A stretch of 64,000 nucleotides of DNA. Source: Candidatus Kaiserbacteria bacterium (lineage in GTDB: Bacteria; Patescibacteriota; Minisyncoccia; Phycocordibacterales; UBA2100). Each line of letters opens with the position of its first letter. The first letter of the stretch is position 1. The position numbers and the translations under genes are program-made. Location of the stretch: contig JAQBQU010000010.1 of the NCBI GenBank assembly GCA_028286865.1, positions 6,143 to 70,142 on the forward strand. The letters run 5' to 3'. A model generated the notes under the pieces. That model was given only the letters and a program-made list of their open reading frames with translations, had not been told where the DNA came from and made no database searches. Of this stretch, positions 54,064-64,000 are shown piece after piece.

Positions 54064-55110
54064 CTATTCGGTGGGATGCGTATGCCGGTCGGAATACAGC
54101 GAAAGCAGCGCAATGAAAAGGCTCAGTGCCAAGGGGCCGAGAAAGACTCCGAGAGGTCCGAAGAATCCGATACCGCCGAGTGCCGAGAAAAGGACCAAGA
54201 GCGGATGGAGCGCCATTCCTTCGCTCATGAGGTAGGGGCCCAGGAAATTGTCGATGAGACCGACCGCAAGCGATGCCCAGATCGCGAGACCTATCGCCGG
54301 TGCGATGTGGCCGGTGAGAACGAGATACACGACGCCCGGAGCGAGCACCATCGCGGTGCCAAACGGCGGAATGAACGATGCCATAGCGGCGACAAGCCCC
54401 CACAAGACCGGATTGGCGATACCGAAGACGGCGAAGCCGATGCCGGCCAGAAATCCTTGTGCAAGTGCGACGATGATCTTCCCCTTCACGAGCGAATTGA
54501 TCGCCAGGTGCATGCGGTGCATGAGCGCATCATCGTCGGCGTTATCGAGCGGGCTGAGCTTGGTGATGAGGCGCTTGAGGCTCGCCCCGTCGCGGATGAG
54601 ATAGTAGAGAATGACAAAAAAGAGGAATGCATCGAACAGTACGCCCGCAACCCCCGAGAAGACAACTGCGAGATGCTGTATCACCCAGGCGAGCGCCGTC
54701 TGTGTATAGGTGCTCAAGGTCGCCGAAAATGCTTCAATGCGCGCCGTCGCGCCCGGAATATACCGCTCCAGCGAAGGGCCCATCGCTGCGATCTGTTGCT
54801 GGACGCTTGAATGGTCCGGAGACACGATAGTGGCATAGAGCTGCTGGGATTCTTTCAGGAGCTGAACACCCAGTATCACCGTCGGCACAAGAAGGACCAC
54901 GATGGAAATGAGCACTGTGCAGAGCGCCGCGAGCGAATCATGTTCCCCGAATGACGACCGAAGGCGTTGATAGACGGGCTGGAGTACCACTGCAAAAACC
55001 GCCGCCAGGAGCATCAGTCCCAAAAAGTCCTGAAGAATGAAGAATGAGACGACGCCCGTCACTGCGAGCAGCACCATCAGGAAGTATGTCTGGAATGTTC
55101 GCTGTGGCAT
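54064..55110 (-). CDS. AI-2E family transporter (PerM/UPF0118)
   Basis: 348 aa and polytopic, with KGKIIVALAQGFLAGIGFAVFGIANPVLWG...FIPPFGT. Confidence 0.8.
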   Translation of the reverse strand: MPQRTFQTYFLMVLLAVTGVVSFFILQDFLGLMLLAAVFAVVLQPVYQRLRSSFGEHDSLAALCTVLISIVVLLVPTVILGVQLLKESQQLYATIVSPDHSSVQQQIAAMGPSLERYIPGATARIEAFSATLSTYTQTALAWVIQHLAVVFSGVAGVLFDAFLFFVILYYLIRDGASLKRLITKLSPLDNADDDALMHRMHLAINSLVKGKIIVALAQGFLAGIGFAVFGIANPVLWGLVAAMASFIPPFGTAMVLAPGVVYLVLTGHIAPAIGLAIWASLAVGLIDNFLGPYLMSEGMALHPLLVLFSALGGIGFFGPLGVFLGPLALSLFIALLSLYSDRHTHPTE

Positions 55111-55146
55111 GGTCTGAGTATACCCTACCGACCTAAAGAGAACATG

Positions 55147-56169
55147 TTACCAATCGCGAGGGTCTTCGGGCTCCTGCGGCTTGGCAGCAGCGGTGGCCGC
55201 GGCGTTGAGTTTATGGTCCTTTATCTCATTCAAAAGTTTCTTGATCGATGCCATATGCTCCGCATCAATGACCGAAAGCGGCTGGGCCTCGATGCCTGCC
55301 TTTTTCAAAAGCGCGAGCTTCTCCTTGAGTTCGGCCGCGTCCGCCATGTCGCTTTTTGAGAGGAATACGTATTCCTTTTTATGTGTAAGAGAATCGCTGT
55401 AGGCTTCGAGCTCGCCGCGTATCACTTTGTAATCGCGCACGACGTCGTCGGAATCAGCCGCGACGAGATGAAAGAGAGTGCCGGTGCGCTCGATGTGGCG
55501 AAGGAATTTGGTTCCGAGCCCCTTTCCGCCGGATGCACCTTCGATGAGCCCGGGGATGTCCGCCAAGATAAGCTCGTAATAGGCACCCAGGCTCGGCTCG
55601 AGTGTCGTGAAGGCGTAATTGGCGACCTTGCTCTGCGCACGGGTGAGCTCGTTAAGCAGCGATGACTTTCCCGCATTCGGAAGACCGACGAGACCGATAT
55701 CGGCGATGAGACGCAGCTCGAAACGGAACTGTATTCGGTCTCCCGGGAGCCCCGTCTGGAACTCAAGCGGGGTCGTATTGATGGCTGAGCGATATTTGAA
55801 ATTACCCTTGCCTCCCATGCCGCCGCCGGCCAGAAGGATGCGCTGGCCTACATCGGTGAGTTCCTGCACATAGCCATTATGGAGATTCGTGATGCGGGTC
55901 CCCGCAGGTATCTTGATCACCAGGTCCTCGCCGCGTTTGCCGTCGAGATTCTTCCCGCGACCGTCGCGACCGTTGTCGGCATGCACTTCTCGGCGCGACG
56001 CGTAGTTGGCGAGCGCGTTGATATCCGAAATGCCTTCGGCATACACATTGCCGCCGCTCCCGCCGTCGCCGCCGGTCGGACCCTTCACGAGCCGCACCTT
56101 ACTGAAGGCCACGGCTCCCTTGCCGCCGTTACCTCCGGCGACCTCTAACTGAATGTCATCGATTAACAT
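55147..56169 (-). CDS. obg: GTPase Obg
   Basis: 340 aa with a Gly-rich Obg fold (GGNGGKGAVAF, GGDGGSGGNVY), G1 GLPNAGKSS and DIPGLIEGA. Confidence 0.95.
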   Translation of the reverse strand: MLIDDIQLEVAGGNGGKGAVAFSKVRLVKGPTGGDGGSGGNVYAEGISDINALANYASRREVHADNGRDGRGKNLDGKRGEDLVIKIPAGTRITNLHNGYVQELTDVGQRILLAGGGMGGKGNFKYRSAINTTPLEFQTGLPGDRIQFRFELRLIADIGLVGLPNAGKSSLLNELTRAQSKVANYAFTTLEPSLGAYYELILADIPGLIEGASGGKGLGTKFLRHIERTGTLFHLVAADSDDVVRDYKVIRGELEAYSDSLTHKKEYVFLSKSDMADAAELKEKLALLKKAGIEAQPLSVIDAEHMASIKKLLNEIKDHKLNAAATAAAKPQEPEDPRDW

Positions 56170-56232
56170 TCGTGCATGCTAACACAGTCCGCTTTTTCTT
56201 GCCGAGAATGTCGCAGCCGGGAAAGATGATCA

Positions 56233-56268
56233 TAAAAAAACGGCCCCGAGCTTTCGCTCGAGGCCGTT
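56233..56268 (-). terminator. Strong intrinsic terminator after the 517-aa gene
   Basis: Minus strand: AACGGCCUCGAGC-GAAA-GCUCGGGGCCGUU followed by UUUUUUUAUG. Confidence 0.75.
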
Positions 56269-56288
56269 CATATTCGTCCGGACAAAGA

Positions 56289-57842
56289 TCAGGCTTTGGA
56301 GAAGTTCTTGCAGACCCGCTGCTTCAGCGCAATGAACTTGAAGCGGATCGTACGCGGCCTGAACGGCAACTGCTTGACGTCGGGCGTACGCGGCCCGGTC
56401 GTCGTACAGATCAGTTCGCGCACTTCTCTTTCCACGGCATCTTGGCGGATACGCTCACGCGCTGCCTGCTCTTCTCGGTGGCGAGCCCATTTCTCGGCTC
56501 TGGCCCGTGATTTCTTTTCTTTCGAGCGCTCGCTCGATTCGTTGATCATCGCGCCCAAGCGGTCGAGCTTCTCTTCCCATTTGATGCCTTCTGCCCAATA
56601 CAGGGCATATCCGAGAATAGCACCTAATGAGATCACGAACCCGAGGGAAACAGAAGTGTGGATCAGGAAGGTCCGCACGTCCGCCGCGTTTATGGTCGCC
56701 GTGCCGAACGACACCTCACCTCGATATACGTTGTAGAGGGCCACAGCGAGAACGACCGCGATCCACAACATCGGACTGAACACGAGCGGCACAATGAAAT
56801 GTCGCCCGTCCTTTCTCGTTACATATCGCGATTCACCGAGGTTGGCCCAAATATATCGGATCGGGATCTCGTAGGGATCATGCAGGAACGTTCTGAACGC
56901 GATGCCGCTCATGCCGGCCCCCCAGAGGGCAAGTGCCGCGATCGCGCCGATGATCAGTTTGATCAGGGCAAGGATCGCAATGTACGGCATGCGTACGATC
57001 TGCAACGGGTAGACGAAAGCGCGGCGCCAGCGGTATTTGCATTCATTCTTCGGTTTCTTCTTGAAGAACTGATTGACGAATGCGTAGTCGGCCGGCTGAG
57101 CAGCGAACAAACCGGCCGGTATCTCGAGATCCACGCTCCCGGTACCGAGCGCATAACCCGCCCATTGGAGACAGTCCCCGAAATGGGAGATCACGGTCGT
57201 ACTGTACTTGCCGTTCGATTCCGCAAGATACGTGTCCTCCGGATTGCCGCCGGAGACCACCATAGCGACAAGCCGATGCGTTCCCGACGAGTCGAATGAT
57301 ATGACGGCCATCGGATCGTCGAGTTCTGCGATCAGTCGCTTTTCATCGGCGACCGGGTTTTCCTTATCCCCGGTCAATCGAAAATGTACCAACAGAAGTC
57401 TCGTCCTCTCACGCTCGTTGACGATCTTGTCACGAACTTTTGCTGCCAGTGCCGCATCAATGCACCACGTAACGAATACGTTGGCGTCGTCGAGCTGTTC
57501 CTGGTTGAAGCCGATCTGCACGCCGCCCTCCGTCATGCCGCGTAAGCGACTATCGGAAGTTTCGGTCGCATTGAAGGCACGGAAGCATCGTTCGCGCCGT
57601 GTATCGGGCTCGGCGCGAAAGAGAACTTTCATTCCGACACGGAGCGGACGATCGGTATTGTCCTGATGAATGAAGATTCCTTCGTCGGGCGGACCATCGT
57701 ATGGAGGAGTACCTTCTTCCGGTTCGAGGGTCCTTTGGTCGATGAAGCCGTGGGGAAAATGTCCGTCGGCCTTAACGGATCGAACGGCACCTTTGTACCA
57801 ACGTTCGACTGGCGGAGACGCGATCGTGAGATCTTGGGTCAT
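56289..57842 (-). CDS. Orphan membrane protein with an N-terminal cold-shock-like module and a basic coiled-coil tail
   Basis: 517 aa. The N-terminus is WYKGAVRSVKADGHFPHGFID...EGIFIHQDNTDRPLRVGMKVLFRAE. A roughly 150-aa unknown domain follows, then at least four TM helices, then a K/R/E-rich C-terminal helix. Confidence 0.6.
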   Translation of the reverse strand: MTQDLTIASPPVERWYKGAVRSVKADGHFPHGFIDQRTLEPEEGTPPYDGPPDEGIFIHQDNTDRPLRVGMKVLFRAEPDTRRERCFRAFNATETSDSRLRGMTEGGVQIGFNQEQLDDANVFVTWCIDAALAAKVRDKIVNERERTRLLLVHFRLTGDKENPVADEKRLIAELDDPMAVISFDSSGTHRLVAMVVSGGNPEDTYLAESNGKYSTTVISHFGDCLQWAGYALGTGSVDLEIPAGLFAAQPADYAFVNQFFKKKPKNECKYRWRRAFVYPLQIVRMPYIAILALIKLIIGAIAALALWGAGMSGIAFRTFLHDPYEIPIRYIWANLGESRYVTRKDGRHFIVPLVFSPMLWIAVVLAVALYNVYRGEVSFGTATINAADVRTFLIHTSVSLGFVISLGAILGYALYWAEGIKWEEKLDRLGAMINESSERSKEKKSRARAEKWARHREEQAARERIRQDAVEREVRELICTTTGPRTPDVKQLPFRPRTIRFKFIALKQRVCKNFSKA

Positions 57843-58004
57843 TTTCAGAGTCCTACCTGGGTAGCAGGAGCCAATATCTTTGTGAAGGAACTACCCTTTC
57901 CTTCAGATATCCTTCGAATCCCCTGGGACGCGGAGGTGACTAAAGAAAAGGAATTGCATAGTGCCACGCACCTGCGAATCTGTCTACCTAGCAGTGAGAG
58001 CGGT

Positions 58005-59456
58005 CTACTTCCCGAGATCGAGTGTTTCGTCAATGCGAATTTGCGCGACGAATTCGGGCACGTGGCTTACGAGGATCATTGCTCCTTTGTACTCATCGAG
58101 TGCTTTCGCGATGACCGGCAAGTGGCGGAAGTTGATGTGGTTAGTCGGCTCATCGAGAATGAGAAGCCCCGGCTTGAGCAACACGAGTCGTGCGAATGCG
58201 ACGAGCCCCTTTTGGCCTTCCGATAGATGCCCGACTTTGGTGCCAATTACGTCGCCGACGAGCAAAAATCCTGCTGCTGTCTGGCGCATGGTTTCTTCCA
58301 TGTGTTTCGGCATTGCTTCGAAGAGGACTTCGCGCACGGTCTTTTCAAAATCAAGGTTCGAGAAGTCCTGGCGGTAATACCCCACTTTCACGCCCTTCGT
58401 AATTTCGGCGCCCTCGGCCTCGCCGCTTGCGAGCGATTCGAGAAGCGTAGATTTGCCTATCCCATTAGGCCCTTGCAGAAGCAGGTGCTGGTTCTTACGA
58501 ATGGCGAGGGTCTTGTGGACGATCTTCGGCTTGTAGTTCTTGATAACTTTAAATGACTCGATCTTGAGAATATCTCCCGAAAGCTCGTCCTGCGTCGGAA
58601 TAGTGAACGACTTGATGGTGGTATCCTCGCGGCGCACATCCACCATCGCCTCTTCGGCCTCTTCCGCTTTTTGTCTCATGCGCTTCGCGACGAGGCGCAG
58701 ATTACCGCCCTTCATTGCGAAGAAGTTGGCCTTCTCTTTATTTGCGATAGCAGTTTTGTGAAGCAGCGCATTCTTAGAATTTTCCTTCTCGACGCGAATG
58801 CGGATCTGATCCACCACGTCGGTATAGTTGCCCACATACTGCTCGATCTTGTGCGTGTGTACGTCGAGATACAAAACGCCCTGGGTGAATGAATTGAGGA
58901 ATTCCGCGTCGTGCGAAATGACGACGCAGGTCTTTTCGTACTGTTGGATGAATTTGGTGAGATGCGCGATACCCTCTTTGTCGAGATTGTTCGTCGGCTC
59001 GTCGAGCAGCAAGAGGTCGGGATCCTGAATAAGCGCCGATGCGAGCAAAAGCCGCGCCTGCTGTCCGCCGGAGAATGATTTGATAAGGCGATCATGAGGC
59101 GCATGGAGATTCACAACGTCGAGCACCTCATCTATCTTCGGATCTATGTCGTACATTTTCTTCGGAAACATTTTTTGAAAGAATTCCGAGACAGTGAGCT
59201 TCATTTCTTCCCTCGGGATCACTTGGCGGGCGATCGCGATCGAGAGTCCCTTCTCGATATGAATGATGCCGTCCTCCGGGCGCACCGCGCCGGTGATCAG
59301 TCCGAAGAGCGTCGATTTACCGGCGCCATTCTGCCCCATGAGCGTAAGCTTCATTCCGCGTCGAATAGGAAAAGAGACCTCATCTAGTATGGGTTTACGT
59401 GTTCCGTATTCGTAGGAGACTCCCTCGAACCGGATGATCGTGTCATCCTTGGCCAT
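58005..59456 (-). CDS. ABC-F family ATPase (two NBDs, no TMD)
   Basis: 483 aa with Walker A GQNGAGKST and GPNGIGKST, signatures FSGGQQARL and LSEGQKGLV, and a charged inter-domain linker. Confidence 0.85.
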   Translation of the reverse strand: MAKDDTIIRFEGVSYEYGTRKPILDEVSFPIRRGMKLTLMGQNGAGKSTLFGLITGAVRPEDGIIHIEKGLSIAIARQVIPREEMKLTVSEFFQKMFPKKMYDIDPKIDEVLDVVNLHAPHDRLIKSFSGGQQARLLLASALIQDPDLLLLDEPTNNLDKEGIAHLTKFIQQYEKTCVVISHDAEFLNSFTQGVLYLDVHTHKIEQYVGNYTDVVDQIRIRVEKENSKNALLHKTAIANKEKANFFAMKGGNLRLVAKRMRQKAEEAEEAMVDVRREDTTIKSFTIPTQDELSGDILKIESFKVIKNYKPKIVHKTLAIRKNQHLLLQGPNGIGKSTLLESLASGEAEGAEITKGVKVGYYRQDFSNLDFEKTVREVLFEAMPKHMEETMRQTAAGFLLVGDVIGTKVGHLSEGQKGLVAFARLVLLKPGLLILDEPTNHINFRHLPVIAKALDEYKGAMILVSHVPEFVAQIRIDETLDLGK

Positions 59457-59549
59457 TTCCAGTGCACCTTACCGCACCTGCATGAAAATAGAAAGTGGCA
59501 TATACTGCGCGCCATGACAGAAACTGAAGATACTAAGGAGGTATATCCG

Positions 59550-60236
59550 ATGCGCATCAACAAATATCTGGCGCTCAAGAACTATTCCACGCGTCGTGGC
59601 GCTGACGTCCTCATCGAAAAAAAGATGGTGTTTATCAATGGCAAGCACGCGGTCCTCGGCGATAAGGTAAATGCGGATGATAAAGTCACGGTACGGCAGC
59701 CGAAGCGCACCTATCGCTATTATGCATACAACAAGCCGCGCGAGGTCATCACCCACTCGCCGCAAGGAGAAGAAGTCGATATCAAGCACGCGGTGGACCT
59801 TGACGGCGTCTTCCCGATAGGACGGCTCGACAAAGATTCTCACGGACTCATCATCCTCACCGACGACGGACGCATCACTGATCCCCTGCTCAATCCGGAA
59901 TCGGATCATGAAAAGGAATACCGCGTGACGGTCTCATATCGCCTCCGTCCGTCATTTCAGGAACACATGGAAAAAGGCGTCGACATCGGCGATTATGTCA
60001 CCAAGAAATGTAAGGTAAAGATATTGGGAGAGAAAACGTTCGTGATCGTGCTCTCCGAAGGCAAGAAGCATCAGATCCGCAGAATGTGTGCGAAGCTTCA
60101 TACCGACGTTATCGACCTCGAACGCACGCGCATTATGAATATCAAACTCGCGAAACTTCCGATCGGAGAATATCGCGCGATCGATGGCAAGGAATTGCAG
60201 GTGCTCCTTATGAGCCTTGGTATCAGCGGCGAGTGA
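59550..60236 (+). CDS. Pseudouridine synthase (RsuA/RluB family)
   Basis: ORF 59514-60236. The ATG at 59550 has an AAGGAGG RBS 9 nt upstream. It has an S4 domain (RINKYLALKNYSTRRGAD) and the catalytic motif GRLDKDSHGLIILT. Confidence 0.85.
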   Translation: MRINKYLALKNYSTRRGADVLIEKKMVFINGKHAVLGDKVNADDKVTVRQPKRTYRYYAYNKPREVITHSPQGEEVDIKHAVDLDGVFPIGRLDKDSHGLIILTDDGRITDPLLNPESDHEKEYRVTVSYRLRPSFQEHMEKGVDIGDYVTKKCKVKILGEKTFVIVLSEGKKHQIRRMCAKLHTDVIDLERTRIMNIKLAKLPIGEYRAIDGKELQVLLMSLGISGE

Positions 60237-60717
60237 CGGTAAATGTAAAGACGTAGTCCGCCGGGCGTATCTCCTGCTTAGAATCCTTTGCGGGGGCCAC
60301 GCTCGTGAGCTCGTATGAGTTCACTTCGGACGTACTGCTTTTGCCGAGCTCGAAAGTGACCTTGCTTGTGCCGTTGGCACCCGAGAGCGATGCGGTCGCA
60401 TGTACCGTCCCGGCCCAGATGCACTGCACGCCGGTCGGACACCTGCTATCGTCCAGGACGGCGGTCGGAGTGATCTTCTCGCCGAGCGCGGAAACGGTCT
60501 GGCCTATATGCGCAGTAACGACTACCGTATCGCCTTTTTGATAGGTGTTCGTGTTGCTCGGCGTCACCGTGCTCGCGGTGGTGGTCGTGGTCGCTACCGT
60601 CGGAGTGGTCGTGGCAACTTCGGCGGCGGATTGCGACTTATTGCTGTACAACGCGAAGAAGGCGAGAGCGGCTATGAGCAGCACGAGGAGATACAGTCCT
60701 GCGGTTCTTGAGTTCAT
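60223..60717 (-). CDS. Hypothetical membrane-anchored Thr-rich protein
   Basis: 164 aa with an N-terminal TM helix (LYLLVLLIAALAFFALY), a T-rich linker and a roughly 100-aa beta domain with CPTGVQC. Confidence 0.5.
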   Translation of the reverse strand: MNSRTAGLYLLVLLIAALAFFALYSNKSQSAAEVATTTPTVATTTTTASTVTPSNTNTYQKGDTVVVTAHIGQTVSALGEKITPTAVLDDSRCPTGVQCIWAGTVHATASLSGANGTSKVTFELGKSSTSEVNSYELTSVAPAKDSKQEIRPADYVFTFTVTRR

Positions 60718-60752
60718 ACGGTATAGACGTATCGGGGATATATTTCTGACCG

Positions 60753-63700
60753 TTATGCATTAACGTGCGGTTTCGGCTTCTGAGCGCGGTAGAAGAGCGT
60801 CGGTACCAAGACCAGCGTGAGAACGATGGCGAATGAAAGCCCGAACATGACACTGAGCGCGAGCGGCGCCCAGGTCGGGTTCGACATCGCCAGCGGTATC
60901 ATACCGAAGACCGTCGTAATGGTCGTGAGCACGATCGGGCGCAGGCGCATCGCGGCGGAATCCACCACCACATCGAGCATCGGCTTGTTCGGGTCTTCTT
61001 TGGCATGATGGATCATGGAATCCATGAGAATAATGGCGTGATTGATGATGACACCGCCGAGCGCTATGAATCCGAGCATCGACGGGAACGAGATCGGCTG
61101 GCTGGTGAATGCGAGTCCGTCGAGGACCCCGATGAGCGAAAGCGGGACGATCATCAAGAGATAGAATGTATAGCGGAATGAATTGAACGAGATGATGAGG
61201 ATCATGAACATCAGCGCAAGTCCGGCCACGAGCGCAATGAGCATCTGCGTGAACGACTGGACGATGTCCTTGTTGTCTCCTCCGTATGACACCGTGACCC
61301 CCGCCGGCAAATGCAGTTCGCCGATGCGCTTCTCAAATTCTCCGGTCACGGCTGCGGCGGTCGTATTAGCATCGGGATAGGCGTAAATGGTTTCGATACG
61401 GTTCTTATCAGTGTGCGAGATAGCGGAGTTGCTTTGGCCGAGGCTCTCCGTAAGGACCGAGCCGAGAATCACCGGGCCCGTCGGACCCTGTACCGAAAGG
61501 TTCTTGATCGTATCGATCGTCGTCTTGTTGGTATCGCTGTTGCTGGTGAACGCGGTATTGAGATTGAGCTTCACTACCACGTCGATGTTCTGCTTCGGCT
61601 GCGTGATAGAAGTCGCCTTGGTGCCGTTGATAGCGGCGCGGAGTGTCTGTGCGACGCTCTGCGTACTGAGTCCGAGAGCACTTGCCTTGGCACGATCGAT
61701 AGTGAGATCGAATTCCGTACCGTTATTCTGTGTCGTCGATGTGATGTTGGTGACATGCGGGATGTGTCCGAGCAGCTGCTTGCCGTTGTCCGCCGCATTG
61801 ACGAGATCGGTGAGATTGTCTCCGATAAATTGGATCTGGATCGGCGCCCCGCCCGATGGCCCATTGCTTGCCTGCACTACCTGGATGGAAGCGTCGGTTA
61901 CCTTTGCGAATTTCTGCTGCAATTCAGCGAGTACAGCGCTGCTCGTTTTCTTATGTCCCGTCGGCAGATTTGCAGTAACGCTCGCCTGATTGCTTCCGGC
62001 CGATCCGCCGCTGCCGTCGCCCGGATCAGCGCTGCGCCCCACGATGGTCTCGAACGAGGCGACATTTTTGTCGGCATAGAGTATCTCTTCCACCTCACGC
62101 GCCGCGAGATCCGTTTGCTCGAGCGCGGTCCCCTGTGGCTTCTGGATATTAATGCTCACGAAATCCTGGTCGCCGCCGGGGAAAAATATCGCGGTGACGA
62201 GCGGAGTAAAAGGGAGCACGAGTGAAAGCACGAAAAGTCCCGTGAGAGTCCAGAGGAATATCCGCTGGTACCGGCGATCGAGCAGGAAGGTGCGCAGATT
62301 ACGCTTGTACCACTCAGTGATGTCGTGTGTATACTCCTCGAGCTTCACTTCGTACGCGTTCGGCTCGCTCTTGGTGAACAAGACCGCAATGAGCGGCACG
62401 ATGCCGAGCGCCACAAAGATCGATGCCATGAGCACGAAGATGAGCGTGTACGGAATGCCGGCGATAAAAAGCCCGATGATGCCGGAGAGGAAGAAGAGCG
62501 GTGCAAAGACCGCGACCGTCGCCATGGTCCCGGCGATCAGCGGCCATGCATAATCGCGCAGCGCCGCACGCGCCGCCTCGGTCGCGGTTGCGTGGGCTCT
62601 GAGCCGTGCATGTATCGCTTCGGTCACCACGATGCCCGAATCCACGAGGATGCCCACGCCGAGGATGAGCGCAAAAAGACTGATGAAGTTGAGCGTATTG
62701 CCCGTGAATTCCAGACCGATGAATGCAATGAGGAACGACAGCGGAATAGAGAGCGCGGCGACGATCGCTTCGCGCCAACCGATCGTGAGCAAGAGGATGA
62801 GGATAACGAGTGCCACGGTCTCAAAGCCCGTCTTGGTGAGGTCTCCCAATTGCTTGGCCACTGACTTGCCCATGTCGGTCTGATCCGGGATAAGCACAGT
62901 GAGCCCCTTGAGCTCGGTCGACTGGAGCTTGGTGATCTGCGCTTTCACCGCACTCGCGGTCTCGATGATGCGAGCGCCCGATTGCTTGTGCACCTGCAGC
63001 GTGATCGCATTCGTACTTGGCTTTCCTCCGACGGAGACGCGCGAGTACGTGGTCGACGGCGCAAGCCCGTCGGAGATGACCGCAATATCTCGCAGATAGA
63101 TCGGCGCGCCGTTCTTCACTCCCACAGCAATATTATTGATCTCCGACGGGTCCGAGATGCCTCCCTTAAAATTCACATTGTAGTTCACCCCGTTCATCGT
63201 GATGGCGCCCGCCGGCAGCGCCGCATTCGATGCGCTGATAGCACCGATGACATCGGTGAGCCGGAGGCCGTACTGGTCGAGCGCCTCTTTGCGTACGATC
63301 ACGTCGACCTCGCGCGGCGGTACGCCCGCGACGTTGACCGTCGAGACACCCGGGATGTTCTGGATCTCATCTGAGAGTGAACGGCTCAGCGCCGAGAACT
63401 GGCCCTGCGAGAGATCACCCGCCACCGCTATGATCAATATCGGGGAGTCCGAGAACGAGAACTTTACGACCTGCGGAGCCATCGCATCCGACGGGAGTTT
63501 CGGAACGGCGCGCGAGACCGCATCGCGAAGGTCCTGGATGGATTGATTGATATCGGCATTGGCGTTGAACTGCACGATGATCGAAGAGATTCCGTCACCG
63601 GACGTCGAGGTGACGGTGTCGATGTTGGTGATGTTGGTGATCTGGTCCTCCAGCTTATCGGTGACAAGGGTTTCCATATCCTCGGAGGAGGCCCCGGGAA

Positions 63701-63854
63701 GCGCGGTCACCACGCTCGCTATCGCGACATTGATAGACGGAGCATTCTCTTTAGGGATCTCGAGTATCGCATAAAGTCCCGACACGATGAGTGCGGTCAC
63801 GAGCATGTAGCTGAACTGGCGCTTGTCGAGAAAGAAATTCCAGAGCCAGAGCAT
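60753..63854 (-). CDS. RND efflux transporter permease (AcrB/HAE family)
   Basis: 1033 aa with a duplicated 6-TM plus large-loop architecture and AcrB-like blocks throughout. Confidence 0.9.
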   Translation of the reverse strand: MLWLWNFFLDKRQFSYMLVTALIVSGLYAILEIPKENAPSINVAIASVVTALPGASSEDMETLVTDKLEDQITNITNIDTVTSTSGDGISSIIVQFNANADINQSIQDLRDAVSRAVPKLPSDAMAPQVVKFSFSDSPILIIAVAGDLSQGQFSALSRSLSDEIQNIPGVSTVNVAGVPPREVDVIVRKEALDQYGLRLTDVIGAISASNAALPAGAITMNGVNYNVNFKGGISDPSEINNIAVGVKNGAPIYLRDIAVISDGLAPSTTYSRVSVGGKPSTNAITLQVHKQSGARIIETASAVKAQITKLQSTELKGLTVLIPDQTDMGKSVAKQLGDLTKTGFETVALVILILLLTIGWREAIVAALSIPLSFLIAFIGLEFTGNTLNFISLFALILGVGILVDSGIVVTEAIHARLRAHATATEAARAALRDYAWPLIAGTMATVAVFAPLFFLSGIIGLFIAGIPYTLIFVLMASIFVALGIVPLIAVLFTKSEPNAYEVKLEEYTHDITEWYKRNLRTFLLDRRYQRIFLWTLTGLFVLSLVLPFTPLVTAIFFPGGDQDFVSINIQKPQGTALEQTDLAAREVEEILYADKNVASFETIVGRSADPGDGSGGSAGSNQASVTANLPTGHKKTSSAVLAELQQKFAKVTDASIQVVQASNGPSGGAPIQIQFIGDNLTDLVNAADNGKQLLGHIPHVTNITSTTQNNGTEFDLTIDRAKASALGLSTQSVAQTLRAAINGTKATSITQPKQNIDVVVKLNLNTAFTSNSDTNKTTIDTIKNLSVQGPTGPVILGSVLTESLGQSNSAISHTDKNRIETIYAYPDANTTAAAVTGEFEKRIGELHLPAGVTVSYGGDNKDIVQSFTQMLIALVAGLALMFMILIISFNSFRYTFYLLMIVPLSLIGVLDGLAFTSQPISFPSMLGFIALGGVIINHAIILMDSMIHHAKEDPNKPMLDVVVDSAAMRLRPIVLTTITTVFGMIPLAMSNPTWAPLALSVMFGLSFAIVLTLVLVPTLFYRAQKPKPHVNA

Positions 63855-63860
63855 AGGTAT

Positions 63861-64000
63861 TTATTGTGTATCCACGATGACTTCTTGTCCGTCGGTGAGT
63901 CCGCGCGCGTCGCTCACGATGGCCATATCCGGGGTAACGCCCGAAGTGACGTTGACCTGGTCGCCAAGAATGGTGCCGAGCACTACCGTATGCGCCTCAA
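63861..64000 (-). CDS. RND efflux adaptor (membrane fusion protein), 3' end only
   Basis: The hand-translated C-terminus is ...EAHTVVLGTILGDQVNVTSGVTPDMAIVSDARGLTDGQEVIVDTQ*. It stops 7 nt before the RND gene and is truncated by the window edge. Confidence 0.6.
   Translation of the reverse strand, partial: EAHTVVLGTILGDQVNVTSGVTPDMAIVSDARGLTDGQEVIVDTQ

Overview
This 64 kb window is a compact, moderately GC-rich bacterial chromosome segment that is almost fully coding. I call about 58 protein genes, one tRNA-Ala, one unassigned structured non-coding segment, and many clean hairpin terminators. I saw no rRNA, CRISPR array, transposase, integrase or prophage signature. UGA is used as a stop, so the standard code applies.

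The backbone is housekeeping:
- ddl, murB
- the full UvrABC set (uvrC, uvrA and uvrB, dispersed over 18 kb)
- carA-carB and a distant pyrB
- an orphan ilvD/edd-family dehydratase
- tgt, tyrS, lysS, msrA, gdh, obg, pepN
- an ABC-F ATPase and a pseudouridine synthase

The transport genes are:
- a MacA/MacB-like adaptor + ATPase + FtsX-type permease
- a Fur-family regulator with a metal ABC importer and a YibE/F protein
- an RND pump with the 3' end of its adaptor gene at the window edge

Several features fit a small-genome uncultivated lineage such as CPR/Patescibacteria (Parcubacteria-like). This is inference only. The features are the truncated UvrC, giant secreted proteins with peptidoglycan-binding modules, DUF5666-like proteins and an lmo0937-type mini-protein.

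No single feature is proven to be a novel system. The regions most worth follow-up are:
1. A surface-protein locus (44.4-52.7 kb). It has two tandem about 900-aa paralogs with conserved termini and different cores, plus a DUF3494 protein with a sortase-like signal.
2. A small island (13.1-14.9 kb) with a LuxI/OlsB-like GNAT, a beta-barrel-like secreted protein bracketed by two copies of the same hairpin, and a receiver domain that lacks the phospho-acceptor Asp.
3. A strongly signalled mini-operon encoding a free-standing RNA polymerase alpha-CTD-like protein (28.9-29.5 kb).
4. Three cold-shock-like modules with an insertion, found in two orphan proteins, one of them a 517-aa membrane protein.
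5. An unclassified structured RNA candidate next to tRNA-Ala.
6. A carA leader with a promoter, U-runs and an intrinsic terminator.
7. A mirrored pair of 17-bp boxes in the Fur-family divergent promoter region.
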